Of a DNA stretch of 64,000 bases, positions 25,192 through 36,454 are shown in pieces; the first letter of the stretch is position 1; every line of letters starts with the position of its first letter. The notes under the pieces were generated by a model. That model was not told where the DNA came from, did not search any database, and saw nothing but the letters and a program-made list of their open reading frames with translations. This stretch comes from Actinomycetota bacterium (GTDB lineage Bacteria; Actinomycetota; Actinomycetes; S36-B12; UBA5976): contig JBJOGR010000036.1 in the NCBI GenBank assembly GCA_046048135.1, positions 4,164 to 68,163 of the forward strand, read 5' to 3'. The position numbers were made by a program, and so were the translations under genes.

Positions 25192-26562
25192 ATGAAGTTA
25201 AGCAAATTAATGGTCGTTAATGTACTTATTTTGTCTTTGATTTTAAATCAATCAAATGCGAATGCTGAAGAAAAAAATGAATTAGCTTCTGTGGTTCTAG
25301 AACCGATGGTTTATAAGTTCGCTGATAGTACTTTAGTTGAAAATATTGTTACTAAACAATTAAGCAATCCTCTTTATTCAACAGGTTACGGAATCTCAAT
25401 AAGAAATTTGACTGACGGTTCAGTAGTTTTTGAAAGTAATGCAGATGATTCAATGATGCCTGCTTCTTTGACAAAAATTTATACTGCAGCAAGTAATTCG
25501 ATAACTTTAGATTTGGACGCAAAATTTGTAACTAAAGTTAAATATTTAGACAACAATCTTTACTTAGTTGGAGGTGGTGATCCTCAATTAGGAACTGATA
25601 GTAATCCTAGAAAAGCTGATTTAGAAGATTTGGCAAAACAAACTGCGGAGAACTTAAAAAAGTTTAATGTTTTTGAAGTTAATTTATTTGTTGATGATTC
25701 ATCCCTTGGGCCATTGCAAAGACCAGCAGATTGGCTAGATAATTACTTTAGAAGTAGCGAAGTTCATTTAATTTCTGCACTTAATTTAGATGATCCACTT
25801 GCACCAAGCCAAGCTCCAGAAGATCCATCAATTACTACAGGACAAACTTTTGCCGTTTATTTAATTAAAAACAATATCAAAGTAAATGGGTTAGTTTTTA
25901 GAAAAAAAGCACCATCCGAAGCATTTGATGTTGCAACAGAATATTCAAAATCTGTAGCACAAATAATTGAAGATATGTTAATTATTTCAAATAATCAAGA
26001 TGCTGAGATTCTAGCTAGAGTGGCATCAGATATTGCCACGAAAGATCCTTCAACAAATGCTGCTACTGAATTAGTTTTAAAAGATGTTGAAAATTTAGGA
26101 ATTTCAAGTGTTGATAATGCATTATCAGACACAAGTGGATTAAGTCGTTCAAATAAAATTTCACCATCTGACTTTACAAATTTGATTTATAAAACTGTTG
26201 TGAAACCCGAATTGACTATTGAAAATAAAGGAGACGCAACAAAATTTTTAACAATACCTACTTATTCAATACCTGTTGATACTTGGCCAGTTTTTACTGG
26301 ACTTCCAACAGGACATGGACTTGGAACCATGGAAAAAAGATTTAACGAGGAAAATTCACCTGGAAGAGGTGTAGTTAGAGCAAAAACTGGAACATTAAAT
26401 CAAGTAATAACACTTGCTGGAACTATTACCACAAAAGATAACGCGTTTTTATCATTTGCAATTCTAGTTAATAGAGTTGAAAAACCAACTCAAGTTAGAG
26501 AAGAGCTAGATAATCTTTTAAATGAAATTGCAAAGTGTGAATGCGCTGCAATTGATGAATAA
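25192..26562 (+). CDS. dacB: D-alanyl-D-alanine carboxypeptidase/endopeptidase (PBP4, peptidase S13)
   Basis: SxxK (PASLTK), SxN (SNN), KTG; signal peptide begins at ATG 25192. Confidence 0.9.
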   Translation: MKLSKLMVVNVLILSLILNQSNANAEEKNELASVVLEPMVYKFADSTLVENIVTKQLSNPLYSTGYGISIRNLTDGSVVFESNADDSMMPASLTKIYTAASNSITLDLDAKFVTKVKYLDNNLYLVGGGDPQLGTDSNPRKADLEDLAKQTAENLKKFNVFEVNLFVDDSSLGPLQRPADWLDNYFRSSEVHLISALNLDDPLAPSQAPEDPSITTGQTFAVYLIKNNIKVNGLVFRKKAPSEAFDVATEYSKSVAQIIEDMLIISNNQDAEILARVASDIATKDPSTNAATELVLKDVENLGISSVDNALSDTSGLSRSNKISPSDFTNLIYKTVVKPELTIENKGDATKFLTIPTYSIPVDTWPVFTGLPTGHGLGTMEKRFNEENSPGRGVVRAKTGTLNQVITLAGTITTKDNAFLSFAILVNRVEKPTQVREELDNLLNEIAKCECAAIDE

Positions 26563-27520
26563 TCCACCAATCAATTTACAAAATGCAGTAAATAATCTAT
26601 TAAAAGATTTTGAACCCGCAGACAATATTATTATTGCCTGTTCAGGTGGAGCAGATTCATTAGCACTTGCGTGGACAAGTCAAGTTGTTACCAAAAGACT
26701 TGGTCTAAATTTAATTGCCGCGATAATTGATCACCAACTTATTAAAGAGTCCTCTGAAGTTGCAATTGAAGCGATGAAAAAATGTAAAGATTTTGGTATT
26801 GAAAAAGTTTTTATTAAACAAATTGAAGTTGAGGATAATAATGAAGGTTTAGAAGCTGCAGCAAGAAAAGCTAGATACGAAGCATTTGAAGAATTAGTGA
26901 TTGAACATTCTGCAAAAGCAGTTTTACTCGCACATACTCAAGATGACCAAGCTGAAACAATGTTAATGAGACTAACTAGAGGAAGTGGCGCTAAATCATT
27001 ATCTGCAATGAAAGAAGTTTCTGGAAAGTATTTAAGACCTTTTTTACATATTAGAAAACAAGAGTTAGTTAAGGCTCTTGAAAAAGAAGGAATTACTTAT
27101 TGGCAAGATCCAGCAAATACCAACTATAAGTTTTTAAGAGCAAAAGTTAGACATGAGTTGATACCTAAGTTAATTGAAGTTTTAGGTGATTCTGCAATTG
27201 ATTCACTCGATAAAACTTCGGGATTATTAAAAGAAGATAACGAAGCTCTTGATGCGATTGCGATAGAAAATTATGAAAAATTAAATAAAGAATTAAAAGT
27301 TGAAATCTTAGTGAACATGCCTGCTGCGATTAGAAAAAGAATGATTAAAATTGCTGCTTTAGATTCAGGTGTTAATCCGGGTCCTTTTTCATTTGAACAT
27401 ATTGAGGCTATTGATGCTCTTGTTACAAACTGGCGTGGTCAAGGTAACGTCGACTTACCTGGTTTCATTCAAGCATGCAGAGTTGATCAAACAATAAGAT
27501 TTATTTCATCCCGAAACTAG
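26555..27520 (+). CDS. tilS: tRNA(Ile)-lysidine synthase
   Basis: PP-loop SGGADS, AARKARY, AHTQDDQAET, WQDPAN; between dacB and hpt; start 26555 chosen over 26522. Confidence 0.95.
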   Translation: MNNPPINLQNAVNNLLKDFEPADNIIIACSGGADSLALAWTSQVVTKRLGLNLIAAIIDHQLIKESSEVAIEAMKKCKDFGIEKVFIKQIEVEDNNEGLEAAARKARYEAFEELVIEHSAKAVLLAHTQDDQAETMLMRLTRGSGAKSLSAMKEVSGKYLRPFLHIRKQELVKALEKEGITYWQDPANTNYKFLRAKVRHELIPKLIEVLGDSAIDSLDKTSGLLKEDNEALDAIAIENYEKLNKELKVEILVNMPAAIRKRMIKIAALDSGVNPGPFSFEHIEAIDALVTNWRGQGNVDLPGFIQACRVDQTIRFISSRN

Positions 27521-27534
27521 TTAATAAGGAAATA

Positions 27535-28095
27535 ATGAAAAGCGAAGATATCAAAAATCAAATCGTAAGAGAAGTTTTAAGTGAAAAACAAATTGATGAA
27601 AAAATCGCAGAGATTGCAAAACAAATAGATAAAGACTACGAGGGACAAGATTTATTATTGGTTGGCGTTTTAAACGGTGCAGTAATGGTTATGGCTGACT
27701 TAGCAAGACATTTAACTAAAAACATAGAAATGGATTGGATGGCAGCGTCTTCTTATGGCCATGGCACAACTTCTTCCGGAGTTGTAAGAATATTGAAAGA
27801 TTTAGATACAGATATTGAAGATAGAAACGTTTTAATTGTCGAAGATATTTTGGATACAGGACTTACTTTGCATTGGTTGAAAAATAATTTATTGTCTAGA
27901 AATCCAAAAAGTGTGAAAATTTTTACTCTGTTAAGAAAACCAGACTCTCTACAAATGGATGTAAAAGCTGACTACGTAGGTTTTGATATTCCAAATGAAT
28001 TTGTTATTGGATATGGCTTAGATTACGCACAAAAGTATAGAAATTTAAGATCTATCGCTACTTTGCACCCAGACGTCTACTCCCAAAAGTCCTAA
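27535..28095 (+). CDS. hpt: Hypoxanthine phosphoribosyltransferase
   Basis: VLIVEDILDTGLTL, FVIGYGLDYAQKYRNL. Confidence 0.97.
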   Translation: MKSEDIKNQIVREVLSEKQIDEKIAEIAKQIDKDYEGQDLLLVGVLNGAVMVMADLARHLTKNIEMDWMAASSYGHGTTSSGVVRILKDLDTDIEDRNVLIVEDILDTGLTLHWLKNNLLSRNPKSVKIFTLLRKPDSLQMDVKADYVGFDIPNEFVIGYGLDYAQKYRNLRSIATLHPDVYSQKS

Positions 28096-28179
28096 CGCGT
28101 AACATCGAAGGTGAGGCAATTTTTGCCAAACACTTGGAGTAGATGATAAACGGAGGTTTGGGTTTAACCCTTTCTTTGA

Positions 28180-30183
28180 ATGAAAGCAAATAAGTTTTTT
28201 CGTGGACCGTTTTTCTGGATTACAGTTGCAATCACCTTAGTACTTCTTGGAAGCAATGTAATTTCTTCTTCTACAGCTCCTGAAACCATTACAACTTCCC
28301 AAGCAGTTTTGGCTATCCAAAAAGATCAAGTTAAGAGTGTCAAATTAATTGATCGTGATCAAAGAATTGAATTGACTTTTAAAGACGATAAAAAAGCAAA
28401 AGCAGATTTCATTACAGGTCAAGGTGTAGTACTTCAAGAATTACTTCAAGCAAAAGTTGAACGAGGTCTTATAGCTCAAGATGGTTATGACACAGTTGTT
28501 CCAAAAGATAATTTTTTAGTTAACTTACTATTTACTTTATTACCAATTGCTTTAGTTATATTTTTACTATTTTTCTTCATGGGCCAAATGCAAGGTGGCA
28601 ATAGAGTTCTGAATTTTGGTAAAGCAAAAGCACGAGCAATTAATAAAGATATGCCCAAAACTACATTTGCAGATGTTGCAGGTGCTGATGAAGCTGTAGA
28701 GGAATTACAAGAAATAAAAGAATTTTTAAGTGAACCATCAAAATTTCAAGCAGTGGGTGCAAAAATTCCTAAAGGAGTTTTACTTTATGGTCCTCCAGGA
28801 ACAGGTAAAACACTTTTAGCAAGAGCAGTAGCAGGTGAAGCAGGTGTTCCTTTCTTTTCTATTTCTGGTTCTGATTTTGTGGAAATGTTTGTTGGTGTTG
28901 GCGCAAGTAGAGTTAGAGATTTATTTGAACAAGCAAAACAAGCAGCTCCAGCAATTATTTTCGTAGATGAAATTGATGCAGTTGGAAGACAACGTGGCGC
29001 AGGACTTGGTGGTGGACATGATGAAAGAGAGCAAACATTAAATCAATTGCTTGTAGAGATGGATGGCTTTGATGTCAACACAGGAGTCATCCTCATTGCT
29101 GCAACTAACAGACCAGATGTTTTAGATCCAGCATTATTAAGACCAGGAAGATTTGATCGCCAAGTTGCTGTTGAAAGACCAGATTTAAAAGGTAGAGAAA
29201 GAATTTTACAAGTTCACGCTAAAGGTAAACCAATTTCAGAAGATGTGAAATTGAATGAAGTTGCAAAAAGAACTCCCGGATTTACTGGTGCAGATTTAGC
29301 AAATGTTTTAAATGAAGCAGCTTTGCTTACTGCAAGAAGTGGTAAGAAATTTATTGACTCACTAATTCTTGATGAAGCAATAGATCGTGTTATTGCTGGA
29401 CCACAAAAAAGAACTCGTTTAATGAATGACAAAGAAAGATTAATCACGGCTTATCACGAAGGTGGACATGCTTTGGTTGCAGCAGCACTTCCCAATACAG
29501 ATCCAGTTCACAAAATTACGATATTGCCAAGAGGTAGAGCACTTGGTTACACAATGGTTTTACCTGAACAAGACACCTATTCCACAACTAGAAATCAGAT
29601 GCTTGATCAATTGGCATACATGTTAGGTGGAAGAGCTGCAGAAGAAATGGTCTTTCATGATCCGACAACTGGTGCATCAAATGACATTGAAAAAGCAACT
29701 TCAGTAGCAAAAGCGATGGTTACTCAATATGGAATGACAGAAAGATTAGGTGCTATTAAATATGGCACTGAAGGTCGAGACGTTTTTCTGGGTAGAGATT
29801 TAAACCATCAAAGAGATTATTCAGAAGATGTTGCTTCAGCAATTGATGAAGAAGTTAGAAAATTAATTGATAACGCTCACCACGAAGCTTATGCAATTTT
29901 AGATAATAATCGAGCAATTTTAGACAAATTAGTAGTAGAACTCTTAGAAAAAGAAACACTAGATAAAGAAGAAGTTGCAAAAATATTTTCTAAATTGAAG
30001 AAACGTCCAGCAAGACCTGCTTGGACAGGATCAAGTAAAAGAAAACCATCTAAGAAAGGTCCAGTTAAAGCACCAATTCGCTTAGTAAAAGAAGATGAAT
30101 CTCCAGCTTCTTTAAACCACTCAAATGAAACTTCTAATAAAAGTGGTGCAGTAGCAAGTCAAACAGATAAAAATAAGAAATAG
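28180..30183 (+). CDS. ftsH: ATP-dependent zinc metalloprotease FtsH
   Basis: Two TM helices, [14 protein letters not shown], second region of homology, HEGGH. Confidence 0.98.
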   Translation: MKANKFFRGPFFWITVAITLVLLGSNVISSSTAPETITTSQAVLAIQKDQVKSVKLIDRDQRIELTFKDDKKAKADFITGQGVVLQELLQAKVERGLIAQDGYDTVVPKDNFLVNLLFTLLPIALVIFLLFFFMGQMQGGNRVLNFGKAKARAINKDMPKTTFADVAGADEAVEELQEIKEFLSEPSKFQAVGAKIPKGVLLYGPPGTGKTLLARAVAGEAGVPFFSISGSDFVEMFVGVGASRVRDLFEQAKQAAPAIIFVDEIDAVGRQRGAGLGGGHDEREQTLNQLLVEMDGFDVNTGVILIAATNRPDVLDPALLRPGRFDRQVAVERPDLKGRERILQVHAKGKPISEDVKLNEVAKRTPGFTGADLANVLNEAALLTARSGKKFIDSLILDEAIDRVIAGPQKRTRLMNDKERLITAYHEGGHALVAAALPNTDPVHKITILPRGRALGYTMVLPEQDTYSTTRNQMLDQLAYMLGGRAAEEMVFHDPTTGASNDIEKATSVAKAMVTQYGMTERLGAIKYGTEGRDVFLGRDLNHQRDYSEDVASAIDEEVRKLIDNAHHEAYAILDNNRAILDKLVVELLEKETLDKEEVAKIFSKLKKRPARPAWTGSSKRKPSKKGPVKAPIRLVKEDESPASLNHSNETSNKSGAVASQTDKNKK

Positions 30184-30188
30184 TTTTT

Positions 30189-30824
30189 ATGCAAGAACAA
30201 ACTCGCATAAGCCCCACCGCTGATCCGCTTGCAGATCTTGATCCTTCGCAAAGACCTAGTTTCGATGAAAAAAGAATCGAAAATGCTGTTAGAGAAATAA
30301 TTAAAGGTATTGGTGAAGATCCAGATAGAGATGGACTTCAAGATACTCCAAAAAGAGTGGCAAAAGCCTATAGGCAAATGTTTGCAGGACTTTATGAAAG
30401 ACCAGAAGATGTTTTAGCAACTACTTTTGATTTAAATCATAATGAATTAGTAATAGTTAAAAATATTAATATTTTTTCAATGTGTGAACATCATTTGTTG
30501 CCTTTTGTAGGTAAAGCAAGTGTGGGATATATACCAAATAACAACGGGAAAATTACAGGTTTATCAAAACTTGCTCGATTAATTGATGTTTATGCCAAAA
30601 GGCCTCAAGTTCAAGAAAGATTAACTTCACAAGTTGCTGATGCTCTAATGAGAATTCTGAAACCACAAGGAGTAATTGTGGTTATTGAGTGTGAACACTT
30701 TTGCATGAGTATGCGTGGTGTTAATAAACCAGAATCTATGACAACAACATCTGTGGTGAGAGGAACTTTGGAAGAACCAGCGTTAAGACATGAAGCCTTA
30801 ACTTTGATAACTCACAAAGCATGA
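30189..30824 (+). CDS. folE: GTP cyclohydrolase I
   Basis: [30 protein letters not shown]. Confidence 0.97.
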   Translation: MQEQTRISPTADPLADLDPSQRPSFDEKRIENAVREIIKGIGEDPDRDGLQDTPKRVAKAYRQMFAGLYERPEDVLATTFDLNHNELVIVKNINIFSMCEHHLLPFVGKASVGYIPNNNGKITGLSKLARLIDVYAKRPQVQERLTSQVADALMRILKPQGVIVVIECEHFCMSMRGVNKPESMTTTSVVRGTLEEPALRHEALTLITHKA

Positions 30825-31672
30825 CTGAAAATACACGCTTAAAGCCAAGCGGTTTACCACAACAATTAAGCAATTTAGAAAGATGTTTAGTGGTTGGGGT
30901 TTTAAATGTAACTCCTGATTCATTTTCAGACGGTGGAAAATTTTTAGATAAAGATATAGCTATCACTCAAGCAAAAAAACTAATTTCAGATGGTGCAGAC
31001 ATGATTGATATTGGTGGAGAATCTACTAGACCTGGTGCTAATCAAATAAGTATTGATGAAGAAATTGCAAGAGTAATCCCAATAATAAATGAATTAAAAA
31101 AAGAAAATATTTTTATAAGTATTGACACTATGAAACACGAAGTTGCTCAAGCAGCAATAGAAGCTGGTGCAATTATGGTCAATGACGTAAGTGGTGGTTT
31201 AGCTGATGAAAAAATGCATGAAACAGTAGCCAAACTTGAGGTACCTTATGTTTTAATGCATTGGCGAGGACATTCAAAAAATATGGATGAATTAGCAAAA
31301 TATAACAATGTGACACAAGAAGTGATAAGTGAATTAAATTCTCAAATAAATAAAGCAATTGATAAAGGTATTAAAAAAGAAAAAATTGTTTTAGATCCTG
31401 GTCTTGGCTTTGCAAAGAATCCAGAACATAATTGGCAAATTTTAAAAGATATAAAGAAATTTAATGATTTAGAATTTCCAATTTATATCGGGGCATCACG
31501 AAAAAGATTTCTTGCCCCATTTTCTTTAAATAACGATTCTTCAAATCTTGAAGATAGGGATTTAGCAACATCAGTTATTTCTACTTATTCAGCAATAAAT
31601 CATGCTTGGGCAGTAAGGGTGCACGATGCTAAGTCAAGCTCAATTGCAGTTAGATTAGTAAATCAACTTTAG
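30821..31672 (+). CDS. folP: Dihydropteroate synthase
   Basis: [41 protein letters not shown]. Confidence 0.97.
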   Translation: MTENTRLKPSGLPQQLSNLERCLVVGVLNVTPDSFSDGGKFLDKDIAITQAKKLISDGADMIDIGGESTRPGANQISIDEEIARVIPIINELKKENIFISIDTMKHEVAQAAIEAGAIMVNDVSGGLADEKMHETVAKLEVPYVLMHWRGHSKNMDELAKYNNVTQEVISELNSQINKAIDKGIKKEKIVLDPGLGFAKNPEHNWQILKDIKKFNDLEFPIYIGASRKRFLAPFSLNNDSSNLEDRDLATSVISTYSAINHAWAVRVHDAKSSSIAVRLVNQL

Positions 31673-31678
31673 GAACAT

Positions 31679-32041
31679 ATGGCACAAGACACTATAAAAA
31701 TCACAGGTATCAAAACTTTTGGTTACCATGGAGTATTTGAAACTGAAAAGAGTTTGGGACAAGAATTCATTGTTGATATTGAATATAAGTATGAAACAAA
31801 TGAGGCAATTAAAAAAGATGCAATTGAACTTGCGATTGATTATGGTGCAGTAATTTCAAAAGTTAAATCAATTGTAGAAATTGGTTCCAAAAACTTAATT
31901 GAAACCGTGGCAGATCAACTAGCTATTGATTTATTAAGCGAATTTAAAATTGATTGGGTAAAAGTTACACTTCATAAACCTCACGCTCCTGTTGATGTCA
32001 GTTTTAAAGATATTTCTATAGTCGTTGAAAGAAGTAAATGA
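31679..32041 (+). CDS. folB: Dihydroneopterin aldolase
   Basis: GYHGVFETEK..GQEF.VD, IDY, LIET, KPHAP. Confidence 0.95.
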   Translation: MAQDTIKITGIKTFGYHGVFETEKSLGQEFIVDIEYKYETNEAIKKDAIELAIDYGAVISKVKSIVEIGSKNLIETVADQLAIDLLSEFKIDWVKVTLHKPHAPVDVSFKDISIVVERSK

Positions 32042-32532
32042 GAGCAGTAATTTCTCTAGGATCAAATATTGGAGATAAATTTTCATATTTACAATCAGCT
32101 GTTAATGAAATAAATGGATTGAGTAATTCCGAAATTTTGATTTGTTCAAGTGTTTATAAAACTAAACCTGTTGGTTTTGAAGAACAAGAGGATTTTTTAA
32201 ATGCTGTTTTAATTCTTGAAACTGAATTTAGTGCTGAAGAATTACTTCTAAAAATAATGTTAATCGAATTAAATCTTGGTCGAGAAAGAACCATAAAGTG
32301 GGGACCAAGAACTATAGATTTAGATTTAATTGATTATGAAAAAGTTACTTTTAATACAGAAAAATTAACGCTTCCTCACCCGAGAGCTTTTGAAAGATGT
32401 TTTGTCTTAAAACCTTGGGATGAAATAGATGATAATGCAGAGATAATAGGACATGGAAAAGTTAAACAGATTTTACAAAACATGGATTGTCAGGGTGTAG
32501 AAATTTATCCAAGTAAGTTAGTGATTTTATGA
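32038..32532 (+). CDS. folK: 2-amino-4-hydroxy-6-hydroxymethyldihydropteridine diphosphokinase
   Basis: SLGSNIGD, FLNAV, WGPRTIDLDL, LPHPR. Confidence 0.96.
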   Translation: MRAVISLGSNIGDKFSYLQSAVNEINGLSNSEILICSSVYKTKPVGFEEQEDFLNAVLILETEFSAEELLLKIMLIELNLGRERTIKWGPRTIDLDLIDYEKVTFNTEKLTLPHPRAFERCFVLKPWDEIDDNAEIIGHGKVKQILQNMDCQGVEIYPSKLVIL

Positions 32533-33029
32533 AACCTACAACCACTAAAAACTTAAGTGCATTTTTTATATTTGCAGCAATCATAGGCTTTTTCGTACCA
32601 AGAATTTATGAAAATTTAACAGGCACTTATATTCCAGTAAGTTTAAACACTGCTATTGCTCTAATTATTTTAGATGCAGCATTACTTTACTGGATAATAA
32701 TTTTTAACAATAGATTAAAGAGTGCAACTGATAAAAACAAAGAGGTGTTAAAACGAAAAACTCCTCCTCATCCATTAGTTTCTGCAAGAACGGTGGCTTT
32801 ATCATTTGCAGGATCTAGAGCAGGAACTTTAATTTTAGGTTTTTATTTTGGCTTAATCCTAAATTTTTTACCAAAAATAGATCTTTCACCAATTCAGAAT
32901 AGGATTATCACAGCTTTATTAATCGGGATTTCTTCTTTAATTTTAATCGGACTTTCTTTGTGGCTAGAGAAAATTTGTCGCATAAAAGAAACCGATGATG
33001 AGCCAGGAGATAGCACATCATTTGCTTAA
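32529..33029 (+). CDS. DUF3180-family membrane protein
   Basis: Four TM segments, LWLEKIC near C-terminus, directly after folK. Confidence 0.75.
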   Translation: MKPTTTKNLSAFFIFAAIIGFFVPRIYENLTGTYIPVSLNTAIALIILDAALLYWIIIFNNRLKSATDKNKEVLKRKTPPHPLVSARTVALSFAGSRAGTLILGFYFGLILNFLPKIDLSPIQNRIITALLIGISSLILIGLSLWLEKICRIKETDDEPGDSTSFA

Positions 33030-33045
33030 TTATTAGAGTTCAACC

Positions 33046-33897
33046 ATGACTCAATTAGTTAAAAGCAATGCCGAGCTAAGAAGTGCGATGACTGGTTTGG
33101 CAAACAATATTTGCTTAGTTCCGACTATGGGCGCATTACACGAAGGTCACGCCGCTTTAATAAAAGTTGGTAAAGAAAAAATAGGAAATAACGGTTGTGT
33201 CGTGGTAAGCGATTTTGTTAATCCGAAACAATTTGGGAAAAATGAAGATTTTGAAAAATATCCAAGAGATCTTGAAAAAGATTTAAAAGTGGCGCATGCT
33301 GCAGGTGCTCATATTTTGTGGGCACCTAGCGCTGAAGATGTTTATCCTGGTCAATGGCCATTAGATGTAGTAGAAGATAAGAGATTTGAAATCTTAGAAG
33401 GAAAATCTCGCCCAGGACATTTCGCAGCCGTTGTAGAAGTGGTTACAAGATTATTCGACATTGTGCAACCAAAATTTGCAGTATTTGGTGAAAAAGACTT
33501 TCAACAACTTGTTTTTATTACAGATTTAGCTAAAAAAAGAATTCCTGTTGTAGAAATAATTTCAGTTGCAACAGTGCGAGAAAAAGATGGTTTAGCAATG
33601 TCTAGTAGAAATATTTATTTATCTTCAGATCAAAGAAATGTGGCTCACCTAATTCCTGATGCTTTAAGAAATGCAACTTTATTGGCAAGCAAAGGAATTT
33701 CACAAAGCGAAGTTAAAAACGGTGTAAAAGATTATTTAAATAAATCAGATTTGATTGAGTTAGATTACATTGAAATAGTTAATAATGATTTAGGTGAATT
33801 AAGAAGTAATGAATTGGGTAGAATTTTAATTGCAGCAAAGTTAGGAAATACGAGATTAATAGACAATATGCCAATTATGTTTAAGGCAAATACATGA
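33046..33897 (+). CDS. panC: Pantoate--beta-alanine ligase
   Basis: PTMGALHEGH, FVNPKQF, RPGHF, FGEKDFQQ, GLAMSSRN, RLIDN. Confidence 0.97.
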   Translation: MTQLVKSNAELRSAMTGLANNICLVPTMGALHEGHAALIKVGKEKIGNNGCVVVSDFVNPKQFGKNEDFEKYPRDLEKDLKVAHAAGAHILWAPSAEDVYPGQWPLDVVEDKRFEILEGKSRPGHFAAVVEVVTRLFDIVQPKFAVFGEKDFQQLVFITDLAKKRIPVVEIISVATVREKDGLAMSSRNIYLSSDQRNVAHLIPDALRNATLLASKGISQSEVKNGVKDYLNKSDLIELDYIEIVNNDLGELRSNELGRILIAAKLGNTRLIDNMPIMFKANT

Positions 33898-35528
33898 ATA
33901 TTGAATTAGTTCAAAAATTACATGCAGCAGATCCAGGCTGGACTATTAATGCTGATGTGATTGTTATTGGATCTGGAATTGCAGGTTTAACTGCTGCATT
34001 AACTGCAAGAAGAAAAAACTTAAGTGTTTTGTTATTAACTAAAGATGTATTATCAACAGGATCAACAGCTTGGGCACAAGGTGGAATTGCAGCAGCACTT
34101 GGCCCAGAAGATTCACCAGAACAGCATTTTCAAGACACTCTTGAAGCAGGTGCAGGATTATGTGATGAAAATTCAGTTAAAACATTAGTTCAAGAAGGTC
34201 CTTCAGCTGTTAAAAAATTAATTAATTTAGGTGCAACTTTCGATTTAGATTCTTCAGGAAATGTGGCATTAACTAGAGAAGGTGGTCATAGAAGAGATCG
34301 CATTGCGCATGCTGGTGGTGATGCAACTGGTGCAGAAATTTCACGAGCATTAGTAGCCAAAGTTTTAGCAGATCCAATGGTAAGAATTTTTGAGCATGCA
34401 TTGGTGCTTGATTTATTAAAAGATAAAACTGAAAAAGTTTGTGGAGTTACTTTGCACGTTATGGGTAAAGGAAAAATTGATGGAGTAGGCGCAGCTCTTG
34501 CAAGAGCTGTAGTTCTAGCAACTGGAGGCATTGGTGCAGTCTTTGAACAAACAACAAATCCATTAGTAGCAACTGGCGATGGTGTTGCTTTAGCGCTAAG
34601 AGCTGGGGCAAGAGTTGCAGATTTAGAGTTTGTGCAATTTCATCCAACAGTTTTATGGGTTAGTCAAAATAGTCGGGGATCTCAACCTTTAATTAGTGAA
34701 GCAGTCAGAGGCGAAGGTGCAATTTTGAGAAATGCTCAAGGAGTTGCATTTATGCAAAATATTCATCCTATGAAAGATTTAGCGCCTAGAGATGTAGTAG
34801 CTCATGCGGTGCATGAAGAAATTGTTAATGGGGAAAAACCATATGTATTTTTAGATGGAACTAAATTAGGTAAAGAAATTTGGTTACAAAGATTTCCTAA
34901 TATTTTAGCTAGTTGTAGAAAAAATGGCATTGATCCTTTGACTGAGATGATTCCAGTTGTGCCAGCGGCACATTATGCAAGTGGAGGAATTGTTTCAAAT
35001 ATGGATGCAACAACAGATATTAAAGGCTTATTTGCAGTTGGAGAATGCGCAAATACTGGTGTGCATGGGGCAAATAGATTAGCTTCAAATAGTTTGCTAG
35101 AGGGGTTAGTAGTTGCAAATAGATTAGAAAAAAATTTAGATAGCTTAGAAAAACAAACAGATCCTGTAATAAGTAATAAGCCAACAAAACTAATTGATGG
35201 CTCTGTAAGAAAAGAAATAACATCCACCACCACAAAAGGTGCTGGTGCGGTTAGAAATGCAAACGGCTTGAATGAGACATTAGAAAAATTAGCTCAAATT
35301 TCAAACAAAACAACCCAAGCCTCTTCAACTCAAAGTTGGGAAGCCTCAAATCTACTTACAGTTTCCACAGTGATTGCTCAAGCTGCTCTACGCAGAGAAG
35401 AAAGTAGAGGTTCTCACTGGCGTTCGGATTTTCCTCAACGAAATGATGAACGTTGGCTTGTGAGAATAAATGGAAAAATTGTTGAAGGTAAATTAGAACT
35501 TTCTGAGACTGCCGTTACTAAAAAGTAG
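33894..35528 (+). CDS. nadB: L-aspartate oxidase
   Basis: GSGIAG, WAQGGIAA, REGGH, QFHPT, HGANRLASNSLLE; next to nadC. Confidence 0.95.
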   Translation: MNIELVQKLHAADPGWTINADVIVIGSGIAGLTAALTARRKNLSVLLLTKDVLSTGSTAWAQGGIAAALGPEDSPEQHFQDTLEAGAGLCDENSVKTLVQEGPSAVKKLINLGATFDLDSSGNVALTREGGHRRDRIAHAGGDATGAEISRALVAKVLADPMVRIFEHALVLDLLKDKTEKVCGVTLHVMGKGKIDGVGAALARAVVLATGGIGAVFEQTTNPLVATGDGVALALRAGARVADLEFVQFHPTVLWVSQNSRGSQPLISEAVRGEGAILRNAQGVAFMQNIHPMKDLAPRDVVAHAVHEEIVNGEKPYVFLDGTKLGKEIWLQRFPNILASCRKNGIDPLTEMIPVVPAAHYASGGIVSNMDATTDIKGLFAVGECANTGVHGANRLASNSLLEGLVVANRLEKNLDSLEKQTDPVISNKPTKLIDGSVRKEITSTTTKGAGAVRNANGLNETLEKLAQISNKTTQASSTQSWEASNLLTVSTVIAQAALRREESRGSHWRSDFPQRNDERWLVRINGKIVEGKLELSETAVTKK

Positions 35529-35534
35529 GTACAT

Positions 35535-36419
35535 ATGACCACTAAAGAGAAGATTTTTGAAAGTTTAAGAAAAAATAAGTTAAATCCTGAGTTAGTTTTA
35601 GCACTAGTGGAATTAGCAATTTCAGAAGATTTAATGGGAGGAACAGATGTTACCTCGCTTTCAACAATTCCTGAAACTCAAATTTCAGAACTTGATTTAG
35701 TCTCAAGAAAAAAAGGTGTAGTTTCTGGAATTGATGTTGCATCATTAGTTTTTCTTTCTATTAATAACAAAATAGAAATTAACCAAAAAGTAAAAGATGG
35801 AAACGAAGTCAAAGAAAATGAAACTCTATTAACCGCACGTGGAAAAACAATTGATTTATTAACTGCTGAAAGAACCGCGCTTAACTTTTTATCTCATTTA
35901 AGCGGAATTTCAACTTTAACAAATAAATGGGTCAAAGAAATATCATCCACAAATGCCTCAGTTAGAGACACAAGAAAAACAACTCCAGGATTAAGAATTT
36001 TAGAAAAATACGCAGTTAGATGTGGTGGCGGTAAAAATCATCGCATGAGTTTAAATGATCAAGCTTTAATTAAAGATAATCATATTGTTGCAGCAGGCTC
36101 AATTATAAAAGCAATAGAAAAAGTTAAAGATAAGTATCCTGATCTTGAATTAGAAATCGAAGTTGACAATTTAGAACAATTGCAAGAAGTTTTAAAAACC
36201 GATATTAAACTTATTCTTTTAGATAATTTCTCAATTGAAGATTTAAATAGGGCAGTAAGTATGAATAATAAAAAAGCAAAATTAGAAGCAAGTGGTGGCA
36301 TTAATTTTGAAAATGCACTCAAAATTGCTCAAACCGGTGTGGATTACTTAGCGGTAGGTGCTTTAACCCATTCAGCTCCAGTGTTAGATATAGGAGGTGA
36401 CCTGAGAACTGTTAGTTAA
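35535..36419 (+). CDS. nadC: Nicotinate-nucleotide diphosphorylase (quinolinate phosphoribosyltransferase)
   Basis: ERTALN, DTRKTTPGLR, IKDNH, LLDN, EASGG. Confidence 0.97.
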   Translation: MTTKEKIFESLRKNKLNPELVLALVELAISEDLMGGTDVTSLSTIPETQISELDLVSRKKGVVSGIDVASLVFLSINNKIEINQKVKDGNEVKENETLLTARGKTIDLLTAERTALNFLSHLSGISTLTNKWVKEISSTNASVRDTRKTTPGLRILEKYAVRCGGGKNHRMSLNDQALIKDNHIVAAGSIIKAIEKVKDKYPDLELEIEVDNLEQLQEVLKTDIKLILLDNFSIEDLNRAVSMNNKKAKLEASGGINFENALKIAQTGVDYLAVGALTHSAPVLDIGGDLRTVS

Positions 36420-36454
36420 TTAACTAACTAATTTGGAGTTGCAAGGAGAATGAA

